A stretch of DNA of 64,000 nt from a virus. The translations under genes and the position numbers were made by a program. The notes beneath the pieces were generated by a model. That model was not told the origin of the DNA and ran no database searches. It was given only the letters and a program-made list of their open reading frames with translations. This document shows, in pieces, positions 18,372-27,592 of this stretch (the first letter of the stretch is position 1; the number at the start of each line of letters is the position of its first letter). The stretch lies in IMG/VR virus record IMGVR_UViG_3300011115_000650; one strand, 5' to 3'.

Positions 18372-18692
18372 TTAATATAAATCTTCTGAAAATAATCTAT
18401 CCCCTCTTATTTCATTCAAATCTAATACTTGATTTTGTTTTAATGCAATTTGCAATCCTTCTTCACGACTGACAAATCTATTTTTAGATGTTAAGAAGCC
18501 TTGTTCATTTTCGCCACTTTCTGCATCTCTTAAACCAGTTATTGCACATTTTGAATAAATACATTGTCCGTGTCTTAAACCACAAAAAACAATCCCTTTA
18601 TCTAAATTTGTGGGAAGATATACTTCTATTGGCATTTCTTTTTTAAGTTCAATTTCTTTATACCAAATTGCGGCACATAATATTCGTTCCAT
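18372..18692 (-). CDS. Conserved phage protein
   Basis: ILCAAIW, GLRH, QGFLTSKNRFVSR, LFSEDLY motifs. Confidence 0.75.
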   Translation of the reverse strand: MERILCAAIWYKEIELKKEMPIEVYLPTNLDKGIVFCGLRHGQCIYSKCAITGLRDAESGENEQGFLTSKNRFVSREEGLQIALKQNQVLDLNEIRGDRLFSEDLY

Positions 18693-18710
18693 AGTACTCT
18701 ACTTTATTGT

Positions 18711-19097
18711 TCAATTAGATTGTATAACTTTAAAAAATATTGATTTAGGATAGTACCCACCAAATACAAACACTGTAACTGGACACAACCACAAGATATG
18801 CTCTGTAGATACTTCTTTGTAGAAGCCTCCAAATTGGATTGGATGACCGTACTCTTCTAATACTTCTACATCCGCTCCCATACCCGTCATTACTAATTCA
18901 CTTTCACTACCTTTAAAATCTTCATCACTAATCCTTAATATTACTTCATCACCGTTATTAGATAACCGGTCGAGTAGAGTATCCGCACCTGCTACCATAG
19001 CTAGATTACCTTTGGTGCCTAGTCCTGCTTCTAAAAATTCAGGTAGGTCAATAAACCACCCTTGTTCGTCTTTGTAAAATCTGTGTACTGCTAACAT
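18711..19097 (-). CDS. DUF6717-like protein
   Basis: WFIDLP, MVAGADTLLD, WLCPVT..VFG..P. Confidence 0.7.
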   Translation of the reverse strand: MLAVHRFYKDEQGWFIDLPEFLEAGLGTKGNLAMVAGADTLLDRLSNNGDEVILRISDEDFKGSESELVMTGMGADVEVLEEYGHPIQFGGFYKEVSTEHILWLCPVTVFVFGGYYPKSIFFKVIQSN

Positions 19098-19297
19098 ATT
19101 GATTGATTTAAAATGATTATTACTATAGAGATACTTACCATTACGGCATTAATATACTTTACCGAACCTTCATCATACTCAAAGTACTCTTTAAGGTTCT
19201 TTACTTGGCCTGTAATCTGTAGAGCTTTATAGATAGCTAGATTACTGTAGAGTATTAGTATGGATGCTAATACGATGTTGAGTGTTGTGTGTATCAT
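19091..19297 (-). CDS. Small membrane protein
   Basis: Two hydrophobic segments. Confidence 0.55.
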   Translation of the reverse strand: MIHTTLNIVLASILILYSNLAIYKALQITGQVKNLKEYFEYDEGSVKYINAVMVSISIVIIILNQSIC

Positions 19298-19308
19298 AAC
19301 TTGTTTTA

Positions 19309-19776
19309 TTATAGTGTTAAATATTTTCTACAGATGTCTGCTTGTTCCTTTAAAGATTGTTTTCTAGCAGCAGCAGAAGCAGCAGTAGCAGCAGCAGCAT
19401 AAATAGCAGTAGTAGCATCAGCATCAGTATAAGCAGCAGCATAAGCAGAAGTAGCAGCAATATAAGCAGCAGCATAAGCAGAAGTAGCAGCAGCATTTAA
19501 TTCATCTAAAGTAATAATTCCATTACCATAATTTATTGCAGCATCAACGGCGGCAATACTTCTATCATCTTTCATAAGATGTCTAACAGTATTAGCACAA
19601 TGACCCTTAGCTAGTGTTAATTCTCGTAAGTTGTCAGGATAGAGTTTTGCATATGCCCATAACATCCAATCGGCTCTTTCACATGTTGTAAATGCTTCTT
19701 GCAATGTTTTATCCTTTACCCAGTTTAGTGCTTCTTCACAAGCATTAATGTTTTCTAGTTGTTCTTTAAATATCAT
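19309..19776 (-). CDS. Imm5-like helical protein with Ala/Tyr low-complexity repeat
   Basis: ACEEAL.W, R.DWMLW, DDRS..A, AAATSAYAAAY repeats; flanked by a 19-bp direct repeat. Confidence 0.65.
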   Translation of the reverse strand: MIFKEQLENINACEEALNWVKDKTLQEAFTTCERADWMLWAYAKLYPDNLRELTLAKGHCANTVRHLMKDDRSIAAVDAAINYGNGIITLDELNAAATSAYAAAYIAATSAYAAAYTDADATTAIYAAAATAASAAARKQSLKEQADICRKYLTL

Positions 19777-19788
19777 AACTTGTTTTAT

Positions 19789-19908
19789 TTAATTTTCATA
19801 TTCATTATTACAGCAATCACATCTATAATAATACTGGTTGCTAAATCCCCATACTATTTTATAGAATGTTTTAAATTCCTGGCAAAATTTACAATATAAG
19901 TGTTTCAT
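19789..19908 (-). CDS. 39-aa Zn-ribbon peptide
   Basis: Manual translation MKHLYCKFC...RCDCCNNEYEN; promoter at 19928-19959. Confidence 0.5.
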   Translation of the reverse strand: MKHLYCKFCQEFKTFYKIVWGFSNQYYYRCDCCNNEYEN

Positions 19909-19927
19909 TAATTACTTATTTATATAC

Positions 19928-19959
19928 TAAAGATAAGGACTTTATTTTGACTTTCCAAC
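19928..19959 (-). promoter_or_regulatory. Bacteroidota-type promoter
   Basis: GTTGG...CCTTATCTTTA on the minus strand. Confidence 0.62.
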
Positions 19960-20682
19960 TTTAAAAGAAGAATTTTCATAAATTAAATATTCTCCGCTAC
20001 TATCCTGAGTATCGATGAAGTAGTATCTTCCTCCGGTTGATTTACCTTCGATATCAATTTGTGATTGATAGGTATGTCCAACTACTTGGATTAGTTCTTT
20101 CTTTAGTATACTCTCTTTATTTGCCTTCATTAAGTATTTAGGTCTAATCCATATTGGAGTCTGACCTTCACTGTCTCCACCTTGGTCTCCAAATCTGGTA
20201 GGAGTAAAAGAAAACTGCTTTGGTTTATATGTAAACAGTTCATTTAAGTCTGTAGCTAGAGTATCAATAGACCAACTCTTATAGAACAGAGGACCAAAGG
20301 TATTATCTAGAAATAGATGTGATACACCGGCATGTGTACACAATATGTTCTCAAATTGGTATGCCATTTGTAGGTGTTCTCTATTCTCGTCTATAACCTG
20401 AACGATAGAAGGTGCTAGATTACGTTGATAGCCACTCGTACCCGTATACCCTACTTCAGGGAAGTAATGGTGATCGTGATTACCGATTAACAGTACTACT
20501 TCTTTACCAGATGTCTTCTTGTATTCAATAATCTCTTTGAAGTTATGAATCTGGTCTATACCTGGTATATCAAACGAATCAAAATAGTCTCCAATAAAAA
20601 TTACTCTGTCGGGGTTTTCTTGATGCACCATTAGTTTCCAGGTTGCTCGACCGTGTACATCGCCAATAAAAATTGTTTTCAC
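19942..20682 (-). CDS. Calcineurin-like metallophosphoesterase
   Basis: GDVHG, GDYFD, GNHD, HAG, GHT. Confidence 0.9.
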   Translation of the reverse strand: MKTIFIGDVHGRATWKLMVHQENPDRVIFIGDYFDSFDIPGIDQIHNFKEIIEYKKTSGKEVVLLIGNHDHHYFPEVGYTGTSGYQRNLAPSIVQVIDENREHLQMAYQFENILCTHAGVSHLFLDNTFGPLFYKSWSIDTLATDLNELFTYKPKQFSFTPTRFGDQGGDSEGQTPIWIRPKYLMKANKESILKKELIQVVGHTYQSQIDIEGKSTGGRYYFIDTQDSSGEYLIYENSSFKVGKSK

Positions 20683-20683
20683 T

Positions 20684-20947
20684 TTATCTAAATTTTAATT
20701 CTAATATAATACAAAAAATTATGCCTACGGCAAATATTCCACTCCACAATAAACCTTCTTTAGCTCCTTTACTCAAGATAAACTTATTACTATTCATCCC
20801 ACATCTATATCCATGCATCCAATATTCTCTTTCACTTGATGTTCCCTCATTGTTCATATTCTCCCATGCTTGTTCGGCTTGTAGTTTCTCTTTATGTCTC
20901 CGTAGCTTTCTCTTAGTAATAGCTTCTTCACTCATGTCTGCTGTCAT
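20684..20947 (-). CDS. Hypothetical protein with C-terminal TM segment
   Basis: ORF track. Confidence 0.58.
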   Translation of the reverse strand: MTADMSEEAITKRKLRRHKEKLQAEQAWENMNNEGTSSEREYWMHGYRCGMNSNKFILSKGAKEGLLWSGIFAVGIIFCIILELKFR

Positions 20948-21201
20948 AATTTATTCAGTTTAGATTGTCCTAATGTATAAATTTGATGGAAGTCTTCCCA
21001 TTCTTCAGGAGTTAGTTCTAATAGTCTTTCTCCAACACTTCTTAATTCCCAGTCTTCACTACCCTTTTCTATAAAAGCAATAACAAAACAATAAGGAGTG
21101 TCATCAATTCTTTCAACCCATTTAACTATTTCATATAATGGTTTATCTTTTTTAGTAGATGTGGATTCTCTAAATTCAAGATTGTTTATTCTAATTTTCA
21201 T
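20944..21201 (-). CDS. Hypothetical protein
   Basis: ATGA/ATAA overlaps with neighbours. Confidence 0.62.
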   Translation of the reverse strand: MKIRINNLEFRESTSTKKDKPLYEIVKWVERIDDTPYCFVIAFIEKGSEDWELRSVGERLLELTPEEWEDFHQIYTLGQSKLNKL

Positions 21202-21437
21202 AACTTACTTATTTTATATTCTACTTCATCAATTAATTCACCTGGTATTCCATCACAATAAAATCTACCCATTCCAAACTTTTCTTTTATTTGTGTAAAT
21301 TTAAAACCTGGATATGTAATAAACTTTTCAAATTGTCCGTCTAACCATTTAATAAATTCATCATCTCCTAAACTTAATCCATAATGTCCTTCCTCTAAAT
21401 AGTTTTTATATTTTTCATTAAATTGTTCTATGTTCAT
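21198..21437 (-). CDS. Conserved phage protein (QIKEKFG motif)
   Basis: QIKEKFGMGRFY. Confidence 0.68.
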   Translation of the reverse strand: MNIEQFNEKYKNYLEEGHYGLSLGDDEFIKWLDGQFEKFITYPGFKFTQIKEKFGMGRFYCDGIPGELIDEVEYKISKL

Positions 21438-21441
21438 AATT

Positions 21442-21723
21442 CTATATTTTATTATTTAGTAAATAATCATCTAATACAGATGTTATACTTTCTTTGTTTA
21501 TTTCTACACTTGGAATATACATTTGAGAACCTTCATTCCAAATCTTACCATTCTGTAAATAAACACTATCAGCAGCTTTCTCTAATAACTCTTTACCAAA
21601 TTCTCTTTGATTTTCCTCTAATTGTTTGATTAGATATTCAGCATTATGTGAATATAAATGATTTATTTTAGCTCCATCTTTTTCTAATATAAACGGTTCA
21701 AGTATTTCTTTTATTGATTTCAT
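21442..21723 (-). CDS. Hypothetical protein
   Basis: ORF track. Confidence 0.6.
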   Translation of the reverse strand: MKSIKEILEPFILEKDGAKINHLYSHNAEYLIKQLEENQREFGKELLEKAADSVYLQNGKIWNEGSQMYIPSVEINKESITSVLDDYLLNNKI

Positions 21724-21755
21724 ACTTCTTGTATTTTAGTTTGTATCATAATTGT

Positions 21756-21962
21756 TTATTTAGATTGTCTAACTATTTTAACTGATGTATTGTTTTGTAA
21801 TTTAACATTAGGTGGTTTCAATTCTTCTAAATTATCTTGTATCCAACTTTCTGTTACTTGTTCTATTGGTGTATTAGGATGGTCTTTAGTAATTAAAGTA
21901 AACGTGGTATTTTGATTACTTCTTCCGTTTAGATTACAATTAATTATTTTTATTATAGTCAT
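21756..21962 (-). CDS. Hypothetical protein
   Basis: ORF track. Confidence 0.55.
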   Translation of the reverse strand: MTIIKIINCNLNGRSNQNTTFTLITKDHPNTPIEQVTESWIQDNLEELKPPNVKLQNNTSVKIVRQSK

Positions 21963-22201
21963 AATTGTTCAATATAAAGTTTAAATAATTCTTGTGTTGT
22001 ATGAGGTACTTCTTCTTCCCCATAATCTCTCCATTGATTTAAATCATAGTCATAACAATAATTATCAAAACACCATTTATTAAATTCTATACAATGTTTT
22101 TCAACAAACTCATTAATATTCTCCACTATCAATTTATTCTTATCATGGGATAGTTCAAAACTTCCATATCTATCCCAGATTTGTTTTTCTATTTTATTCA
22201 T
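21959..22201 (-). CDS. Hypothetical protein
   Basis: ORF track. Confidence 0.6.
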   Translation of the reverse strand: MNKIEKQIWDRYGSFELSHDKNKLIVENINEFVEKHCIEFNKWCFDNYCYDYDLNQWRDYGEEEVPHTTQELFKLYIEQL

Positions 22202-22204
22202 TGT

Positions 22205-22426
22205 TTATTTTTTAAATATTAATGTGTCACCTACTGAATATTTGTTGCAACTATCTATAAAAAAATTAATATTATAATCACCAATAGCATATCCGTATTT
22301 ACATATCATTAATTGATAATTTTCGATTTCTTTTGAAGTTATTACAGGATTATGTAAATTACTTTTTAATCCACACCCAATAATAAACATAGATGCAATA
22401 AGTAGTGTTGTTAATATTCTTTTCAT
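22205..22426 (-). CDS. Small putative lipoprotein
   Basis: MKR + hydrophobic core + IIGC lipobox. Confidence 0.6.
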   Translation of the reverse strand: MKRILTTLLIASMFIIGCGLKSNLHNPVITSKEIENYQLMICKYGYAIGDYNINFFIDSCNKYSVGDTLIFKK

Positions 22427-22435
22427 TTTATTTAT

Positions 22436-22798
22436 TTATAGTATTAAGTTAATGTATTGTTCTTTTATAGGAGCATCATAATCACGTCTTTCATAATTTC
22501 TTTCTTGATATTCTCTTTTTACACCTGCTATAAAAGCATCACTAATTACTTGTTCCATTTCTTCTTTACTTAGAACATACTTGTTTGTTTCTTCTTTTAA
22601 CCAATGAGTAGGATAATTATCTTCTATATCACTTGTGTTAAAGTTATTTGGAAGTTGAAAGTAAGCTGTTCCTATTCTAGGATTTAATAAATCATTCCCT
22701 CTATTTTCTAAAATAAAAATAGCAGTTTTGTCTTTAGGTAATTCATCCTTTACACTTACAGGTACATATACCTTATCTGTTATTGTTAGTTTATTCAT
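22436..22798 (-). CDS. Hypothetical protein (DUF551-like core)
   Basis: VSVKDELP...PTHW; shares its ends with 17245-17568. Confidence 0.62.
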   Translation of the reverse strand: MNKLTITDKVYVPVSVKDELPKDKTAIFILENRGNDLLNPRIGTAYFQLPNNFNTSDIEDNYPTHWLKEETNKYVLSKEEMEQVISDAFIAGVKREYQERNYERRDYDAPIKEQYINLIL

Positions 22799-22802
22799 TG
22801 TT

Positions 22803-23111
22803 CTATTTTTTTCTGTCTTCTCTTATCATAGTTAATACCATATTAGATATAGTATCGTACCCCTTAACCTTATTGATTAATTTCCCATCCTCTCTAAAAT
22901 TAAATACCACACCCAGTTCATCAACTATCTCTAATTCATTAGCAGTTGTATGAGATAGATTACCTAATGCTACTTCGAGTTGAATATTTCTAACGTCGTA
23001 TTCTGTTAACTCTACTTCTCCAATATAGTATTTGGGTGGTGGTATGATGGGTATTACCACATGACCGCTTTTAATCTTTATAACCTTATAGTTATTATTT
23101 AGTACTTTCAT
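22803..23111 (-). CDS. Hypothetical protein
   Basis: ORF track. Confidence 0.6.
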   Translation of the reverse strand: MKVLNNNYKVIKIKSGHVVIPIIPPPKYYIGEVELTEYDVRNIQLEVALGNLSHTTANELEIVDELGVVFNFREDGKLINKVKGYDTISNMVLTMIREDRKK

Positions 23112-23261
23112 AGCTTTTGTATTTGTTTTTCTCCAACATATAAATCTGGAAATAATCTTCCTTTTAGGTTTTCACTATCAACTAAGTAATACCATGTACC
23201 TTGATGAGTTTCTCTTGTATACCAAATATACATTTCCTTATCATGCCATTTAGGATATTCT

Positions 23262-23696
23262 TTAGCTATTACTTTTACTTTTTCCATCTTTTACAATTTC
23301 AATTAATTTAATTAAACAAGCTTGTTCTGCTTCTTCGTAGGTATTAAAATAAACCATCTGATTATAATACTTATAATGATTATAATCACATTCCGTTATC
23401 CAAAAATAATAAGAACCTTCCACTCTTTTATGTAATAAACCATCTATTTCATACTTCTCTCTAAACCATCTAAATGCTTGTTGGTATAGTGGTGCTAAAC
23501 ATTCACCTTCTCTAAGAAAATCTTGTTTAAATGAAATTGAATTAGGAGAATAACCATGCATCCCATCAGTAATACATAATTGTATGTTATCTCCTTTATA
23601 TTTAGGAGTATTTGTCCAAAAAGTAAAACACTCTTCATCAAATCCAATTGACTTCATATCAAGACTTGGTTGATACGGCACAAATTCTTTAGTCAT
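23262..23696 (-). CDS. Hypothetical protein
   Basis: Likely start MTKEFVPY; APLYQQAFRWFREKY...TYEEAE. Confidence 0.68.
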   Translation of the reverse strand: MTKEFVPYQPSLDMKSIGFDEECFTFWTNTPKYKGDNIQLCITDGMHGYSPNSISFKQDFLREGECLAPLYQQAFRWFREKYEIDGLLHKRVEGSYYFWITECDYNHYKYYNQMVYFNTYEEAEQACLIKLIEIVKDGKSKSNS

Positions 23697-23720
23697 AACC
23701 TTATTTATTTTATTATACAA

Positions 23721-23752
23721 TAAAGATAAGGACTTTATTTTGACCAAACAAC
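23721..23752 (-). promoter_or_regulatory. Bacteroidota-type promoter
   Basis: GTTG...CCTTATCTTTA on the minus strand. Confidence 0.6.
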
Positions 23753-23753
23753 T

Positions 23754-23996
23754 TTATTTTAACCAAAATTTCCACCATGGTTTTGAAGGAGTTACCTTAG
23801 GCTTACCCACTAACGTGATGTGGTTGTAGAGAGAGTTTATAGTCTTATAAACTGTGTAGTGTTGGGTTGGAGGTATTTTAGAGATGTTGACCTGTATATG
23901 GACAGGAACGTGTAGTATTTCTCCATTCTCCATTATCTGAAGTTCAGTATCTACGATGAGATACTCTTTGTTTAGATGTTTTGTATTTCGAATCAC
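23754..23996 (-). CDS. Hypothetical protein with KPWWKFW C-terminus
   Basis: ORF track. Confidence 0.55.
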   Translation of the reverse strand: MIRNTKHLNKEYLIVDTELQIMENGEILHVPVHIQVNISKIPPTQHYTVYKTINSLYNHITLVGKPKVTPSKPWWKFWLK

Positions 23997-24058
23997 CCGG
24001 CATATAAGTATTATTCGTGAACAAAATGATATGTTAGTATCTAGTATAAATATATAGC

Positions 24059-24094
24059 CTAATTGGAAAGTGGTGCTTTAATTGTTGGGTGTGA
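24059..24094 (-). pseudogene. Relic thyA 3' end (SHPTIKAPLSN*)
   Basis: TCA CAC CCA ACA ATT AAA GCA CCA CTT TCC AAT TAG downstream of the HEG; the active thyA ends SHPAIKIPLSN*. Confidence 0.88.
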
Positions 24095-24104
24095 TTAAAA
24101 TACA

Positions 24105-24929
24105 CTAATCTACAAACATCCAATTGTATTTATTTGAGTTGCATCTGTAGTTAACTAATCCTCTCGTAATACCAAAAGCTTTTGCTGCTTCCTGACCTGT
24201 TTGATAGAGAACACCATCAGCTTTTACTTTCTTGCTATTTGAAGGCTTGATTGTTCTAGCATTAGCGTACTCTCTAAGCTTCTGTTTAGTTTCTTCCGTA
24301 TGGGTCTTTCCGTAAAATGGATTGTTAGCTCCTGACCTATCTCTACATTTACCGCAAGCTTTAGACGTCGGATCTATTCTTGCTCCACAATCACAAAAGG
24401 TACGTCCTCCTTTCCAATTTGGATTATTATCACCTTCATAACTTCGACGATTATTCGTACACCTCTCGATCAACTCGGTTGGCTTTTGCTTGCCTTTCCA
24501 GTACCCTTCCTTTCCATACATTCCATTATTCTGTCCTCTAACCTTAGTAGACCTCTCCTCTCGCTCTTCTGCTGATAGAGAATCCCAATACTGCTTTGCT
24601 GTTATTGATTTCTTTTCAAGGTACTCCGGATCGGTGTAGTTGATAAAACTAGAGGTATCACCACCGGTTCCTCCTTCAGTTAGGTTGTATCCGTTTTCGA
24701 TAGCGTTCTTTTCTTTAATCCAGTAAACCTCTCTACTGTTAAGATCTTCCTTATCTATACACTCTTCTAAGATACACTTTGTAAAATTCTCTAGCCCATA
24801 CTTCTGTATAGCTGCTTTGATTAGCTTGCCACTACCAAAATACGAATCGAAGTTAGATCCGCTATACTGTCCAATGTACATTTTTCCATTGAGATTATTT
24901 TTAATCTCGTAGACTATAAATCTTTTCAT
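24105..24929 (-). mobile_element. GIY-YIG homing endonuclease with NUMOD3 repeats
   Basis: IVYEIKN...MYIG...YFGSG, GYNLTEGG, NPFYGKTHTEETK. Confidence 0.9.
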
Positions 24930-24984
24930 ATTGATACTGTGTTAGGTTTACCCTTTAATATAAATATCAGAAAAGTAGAAAAAG

Positions 24985-26148
24985 CTAATTAGAAAGTGGA
25001 ATTTTTATAGCTGGGTGGCTTTGATATCCTTCGATAATAAAATCACCAATCTCATAATGTGCGATGTCATCAACTTTACTATTTAGTATTTTTAACTTCG
25101 GTAATGGGTATGGCTCCCTACTAATCTGTTCCTTAACACCATCAATTTGATTTAGGTAGATGTGACAATCTCCCATATTCGCAATTAATTCATCAGGAAC
25201 CATATTAACTTCTTTGGCTATGATTTCTAAAAGTAGAGCATAACTTGCGATGTTGAATGGGGTACCCAACGGAACATCTTGACTTCTAGTATTATACATT
25301 AAAGAGATTGCTCTGGTTGGGATATTCCATTTATTCATTAACTCAATTATGATGTCATCTTCATTTCTACTATGTCCATAATCTAATAATGATTCATATT
25401 TAAGAACATCAATAGCGTAATCCTTTCTTTCATTTAAACTCAACTCTCTTGTATAAACTTGAAATCCATAATGACAAGGTGGAAGTACCATTGAATCCAA
25501 TTCTCCAACATTCCAAGCATTAACCATTAATCGTCTTGAGTCTGGATTTGTTTTAAGGTCGTTGATTAGGTTTGCGATTTGGTCAACTGCACTCGTTTCT
25601 ACTACAATACTATCATCTGACATATTGTACATTTCCTCAAATTTTCTACGTCTAACATTAGTTGTTTCCCATCTTCTCCATTGATGTCCATAAATTTTTC
25701 CGAGTGACCCCCATTTATTAGCAAACTCATCATCTGTTTTGATTTTGTTGATAAATTCTTCTTCTGATAATATCTCACCATTTTCATTAAATGGTGTTGG
25801 TTTTATTTTTTTACCACCATCTATTTTTAAATAAAAATCATATACTTCTTTATTTTGATTAATTTTTTCAAAAAACGATTTATATGCGTCACCTGTCCAG
25901 ATATTACATTCATTATCAACTAAGTACTTAATATTAGTATCTCCACGTAAGAACCAAAGAAGCTCAGTTACCATAGTTTTAAAAGCTATCTTCTTGGTAG
26001 TTAGGAGTGGAAATCCTTCGGACATTTTATGTCTTATCTGTCTTCCAAATACTGATATAGTACCCGTTCCTGTTCTATCTTGTTTAGTTACCCCATTGTC
26101 TAAAATGTCTTGGAGTAGGTCTGTGTATTGTTTATCTATTGTATTCAT
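24985..26148 (-). CDS. thyA: Thymidylate synthase with large insertions
   Basis: DRTGTGT, ELLWFLRG, PDSRRL, LPPCH, RSQD..LG.PFN, GDCHIY. Confidence 0.95.
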   Translation of the reverse strand: MNTIDKQYTDLLQDILDNGVTKQDRTGTGTISVFGRQIRHKMSEGFPLLTTKKIAFKTMVTELLWFLRGDTNIKYLVDNECNIWTGDAYKSFFEKINQNKEVYDFYLKIDGGKKIKPTPFNENGEILSEEEFINKIKTDDEFANKWGSLGKIYGHQWRRWETTNVRRRKFEEMYNMSDDSIVVETSAVDQIANLINDLKTNPDSRRLMVNAWNVGELDSMVLPPCHYGFQVYTRELSLNERKDYAIDVLKYESLLDYGHSRNEDDIIIELMNKWNIPTRAISLMYNTRSQDVPLGTPFNIASYALLLEIIAKEVNMVPDELIANMGDCHIYLNQIDGVKEQISREPYPLPKLKILNSKVDDIAHYEIGDFIIEGYQSHPAIKIPLSN

Positions 26149-26509
26149 AACTTTCTATTTTTGTATCTTTGTATGTTATTGTGATTAGTTTGGTTGGTAT
26201 GTTTGCTTCATCCATAGCTTTATTATGACCATCAGGATAGTGTAACATTTTACTTTGCGCTTCTAATTCCTTTCTTAAATCTAAATTTTTGTAAGCAATT
26301 CTAAACCTTTCATCTCTACTCAATTCCCTTTCCTCAATCTTTAATCCCCACTTTTCAGAGAACTCAGGATTGGTTTTACATTTGTTGATGAACTCTTCTT
26401 TCCCATACCAATCACCATATATTTGATTTTCACCTTGCACAACATCGTGAATATATGTGAGGTAATTCTCATACGCTTCATCAATAATCTGTTGTTGTTC
26501 ATTATTCAT
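26132..26509 (-). CDS. ThyA-insertion-derived hypothetical protein
   Basis: Four collinear blocks match segments of the adjacent ThyA; flanked by a 20-bp direct repeat. Confidence 0.7.
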   Translation of the reverse strand: MNNEQQQIIDEAYENYLTYIHDVVQGENQIYGDWYGKEEFINKCKTNPEFSEKWGLKIEERELSRDERFRIAYKNLDLRKELEAQSKMLHYPDGHNKAMDEANIPTKLITITYKDTKIESYEYNR

Positions 26510-26522
26510 AACTTTCTATTTT
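26142..26522 (-). repeat. 20-bp direct repeat AAAATAGAAAGTTATGAATA (26142-26161 and 26503-26522)
   Basis: Exact copies spanning two consecutive start codons. Confidence 0.85.
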
Positions 26523-26987
26523 ATCGTTGATATATTTTACTAATTGATCGGCATATTCTACATACCATTGTCTGTAGTTGTGAAACATTTTATCCTTTAT
26601 TTCTTCGAAATCACTATAGTGTTTGAAGCAATAATGTAGCCCTTCTTGTTTTATTCTTGATTGAATACGAATCCAATCTTCCTGAGTATTTACTTCTACT
26701 TCGTATCTTTCTCCGCCTACGTATCTATTCAAAGGTATTGTGTATTTGAAAGATTCACTATACTCTACTACGTCTTCTATCCATCTTAAGATTAGGCCTT
26801 CAGGATAGTTTTTATCTAAGTCTTCGGCAATATCTGACATATTAAAGTAATAGATATCTCCGAAATTAGCTATTCTGCCTACTTCATCACTCACCCAATA
26901 TTCAAATTCTACTTTGTGCTTCTCGCAGAATAACTTTACGTATTTATTGCAAATTTCTTTGTATTGTTCTTGTAATCTTGGTTTCAT
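26502..26987 (-). CDS. Hypothetical protein
   Basis: Likely start MKPRLQE; ends KIESYE*. Confidence 0.62.
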   Translation of the reverse strand: MKPRLQEQYKEICNKYVKLFCEKHKVEFEYWVSDEVGRIANFGDIYYFNMSDIAEDLDKNYPEGLILRWIEDVVEYSESFKYTIPLNRYVGGERYEVEVNTQEDWIRIQSRIKQEGLHYCFKHYSDFEEIKDKMFHNYRQWYVEYADQLVKYINDKIESYE

Positions 26988-27010
26988 ATTTTTATAGTTT
27001 GTTTTTAATA

Positions 27011-27592
27011 TTAGTCCCACCATTCGTGAGATCTTTCTTCTAAAATTTTCCATAGTAACTTATTAGCCCTTTTCTCATTAGCTAACCCCACATACAAACT
27101 TAATCGGTCTTTATCTACTTCATCTGGACGTTCTAGCTTTACTTTGCGTAATGTATTTGGATACTTTGCTAAATAATCATCAAACTTCTCCCATACAATC
27201 GTACTGTCCATTGTAGAGTAATCTGGATAGTCTTCACATGGTGTAAAGCTCCATTTAAACTCATGATAGTCATATTTCTCCAGACCGTAAAACTCTTCTA
27301 ATTTCCTTTCTAATAAGTTTAACACTGTAGTCATATCACGGTTATTTCTTTCAATACCCATATGTCTATTACTTTTAACTAAATGCTTTCTTTGAAATTC
27401 AATCTTCTTCTGTAGCATTCTTAGTATGAATGAATCATCCCAATCTCTATCTTTCCATAGAGTTGGTATCCATCTTATGATGTTGTGTATACTATAGCAA
27501 AAATAGTGTATTCTATAATTTACATGTCTATACCATAACTTTCTATCCCATGCTGAATCGTTAGGTACTTTTAGTTTGTGATAAGTTTTCAT
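27011..27592 (-). CDS. Conserved phage protein
   Basis: LWKDRDWD and C-terminal WWD motifs. Confidence 0.72.
   Translation of the reverse strand: MKTYHKLKVPNDSAWDRKLWYRHVNYRIHYFCYSIHNIIRWIPTLWKDRDWDDSFILRMLQKKIEFQRKHLVKSNRHMGIERNNRDMTTVLNLLERKLEEFYGLEKYDYHEFKWSFTPCEDYPDYSTMDSTIVWEKFDDYLAKYPNTLRKVKLERPDEVDKDRLSLYVGLANEKRANKLLWKILEERSHEWWD

Noticed and set aside
19366-19500. GCA-rich tandem repeat as a separate element
   Set aside because: It is a coding low-complexity Ala/Tyr tract within the Imm5-like ORF.
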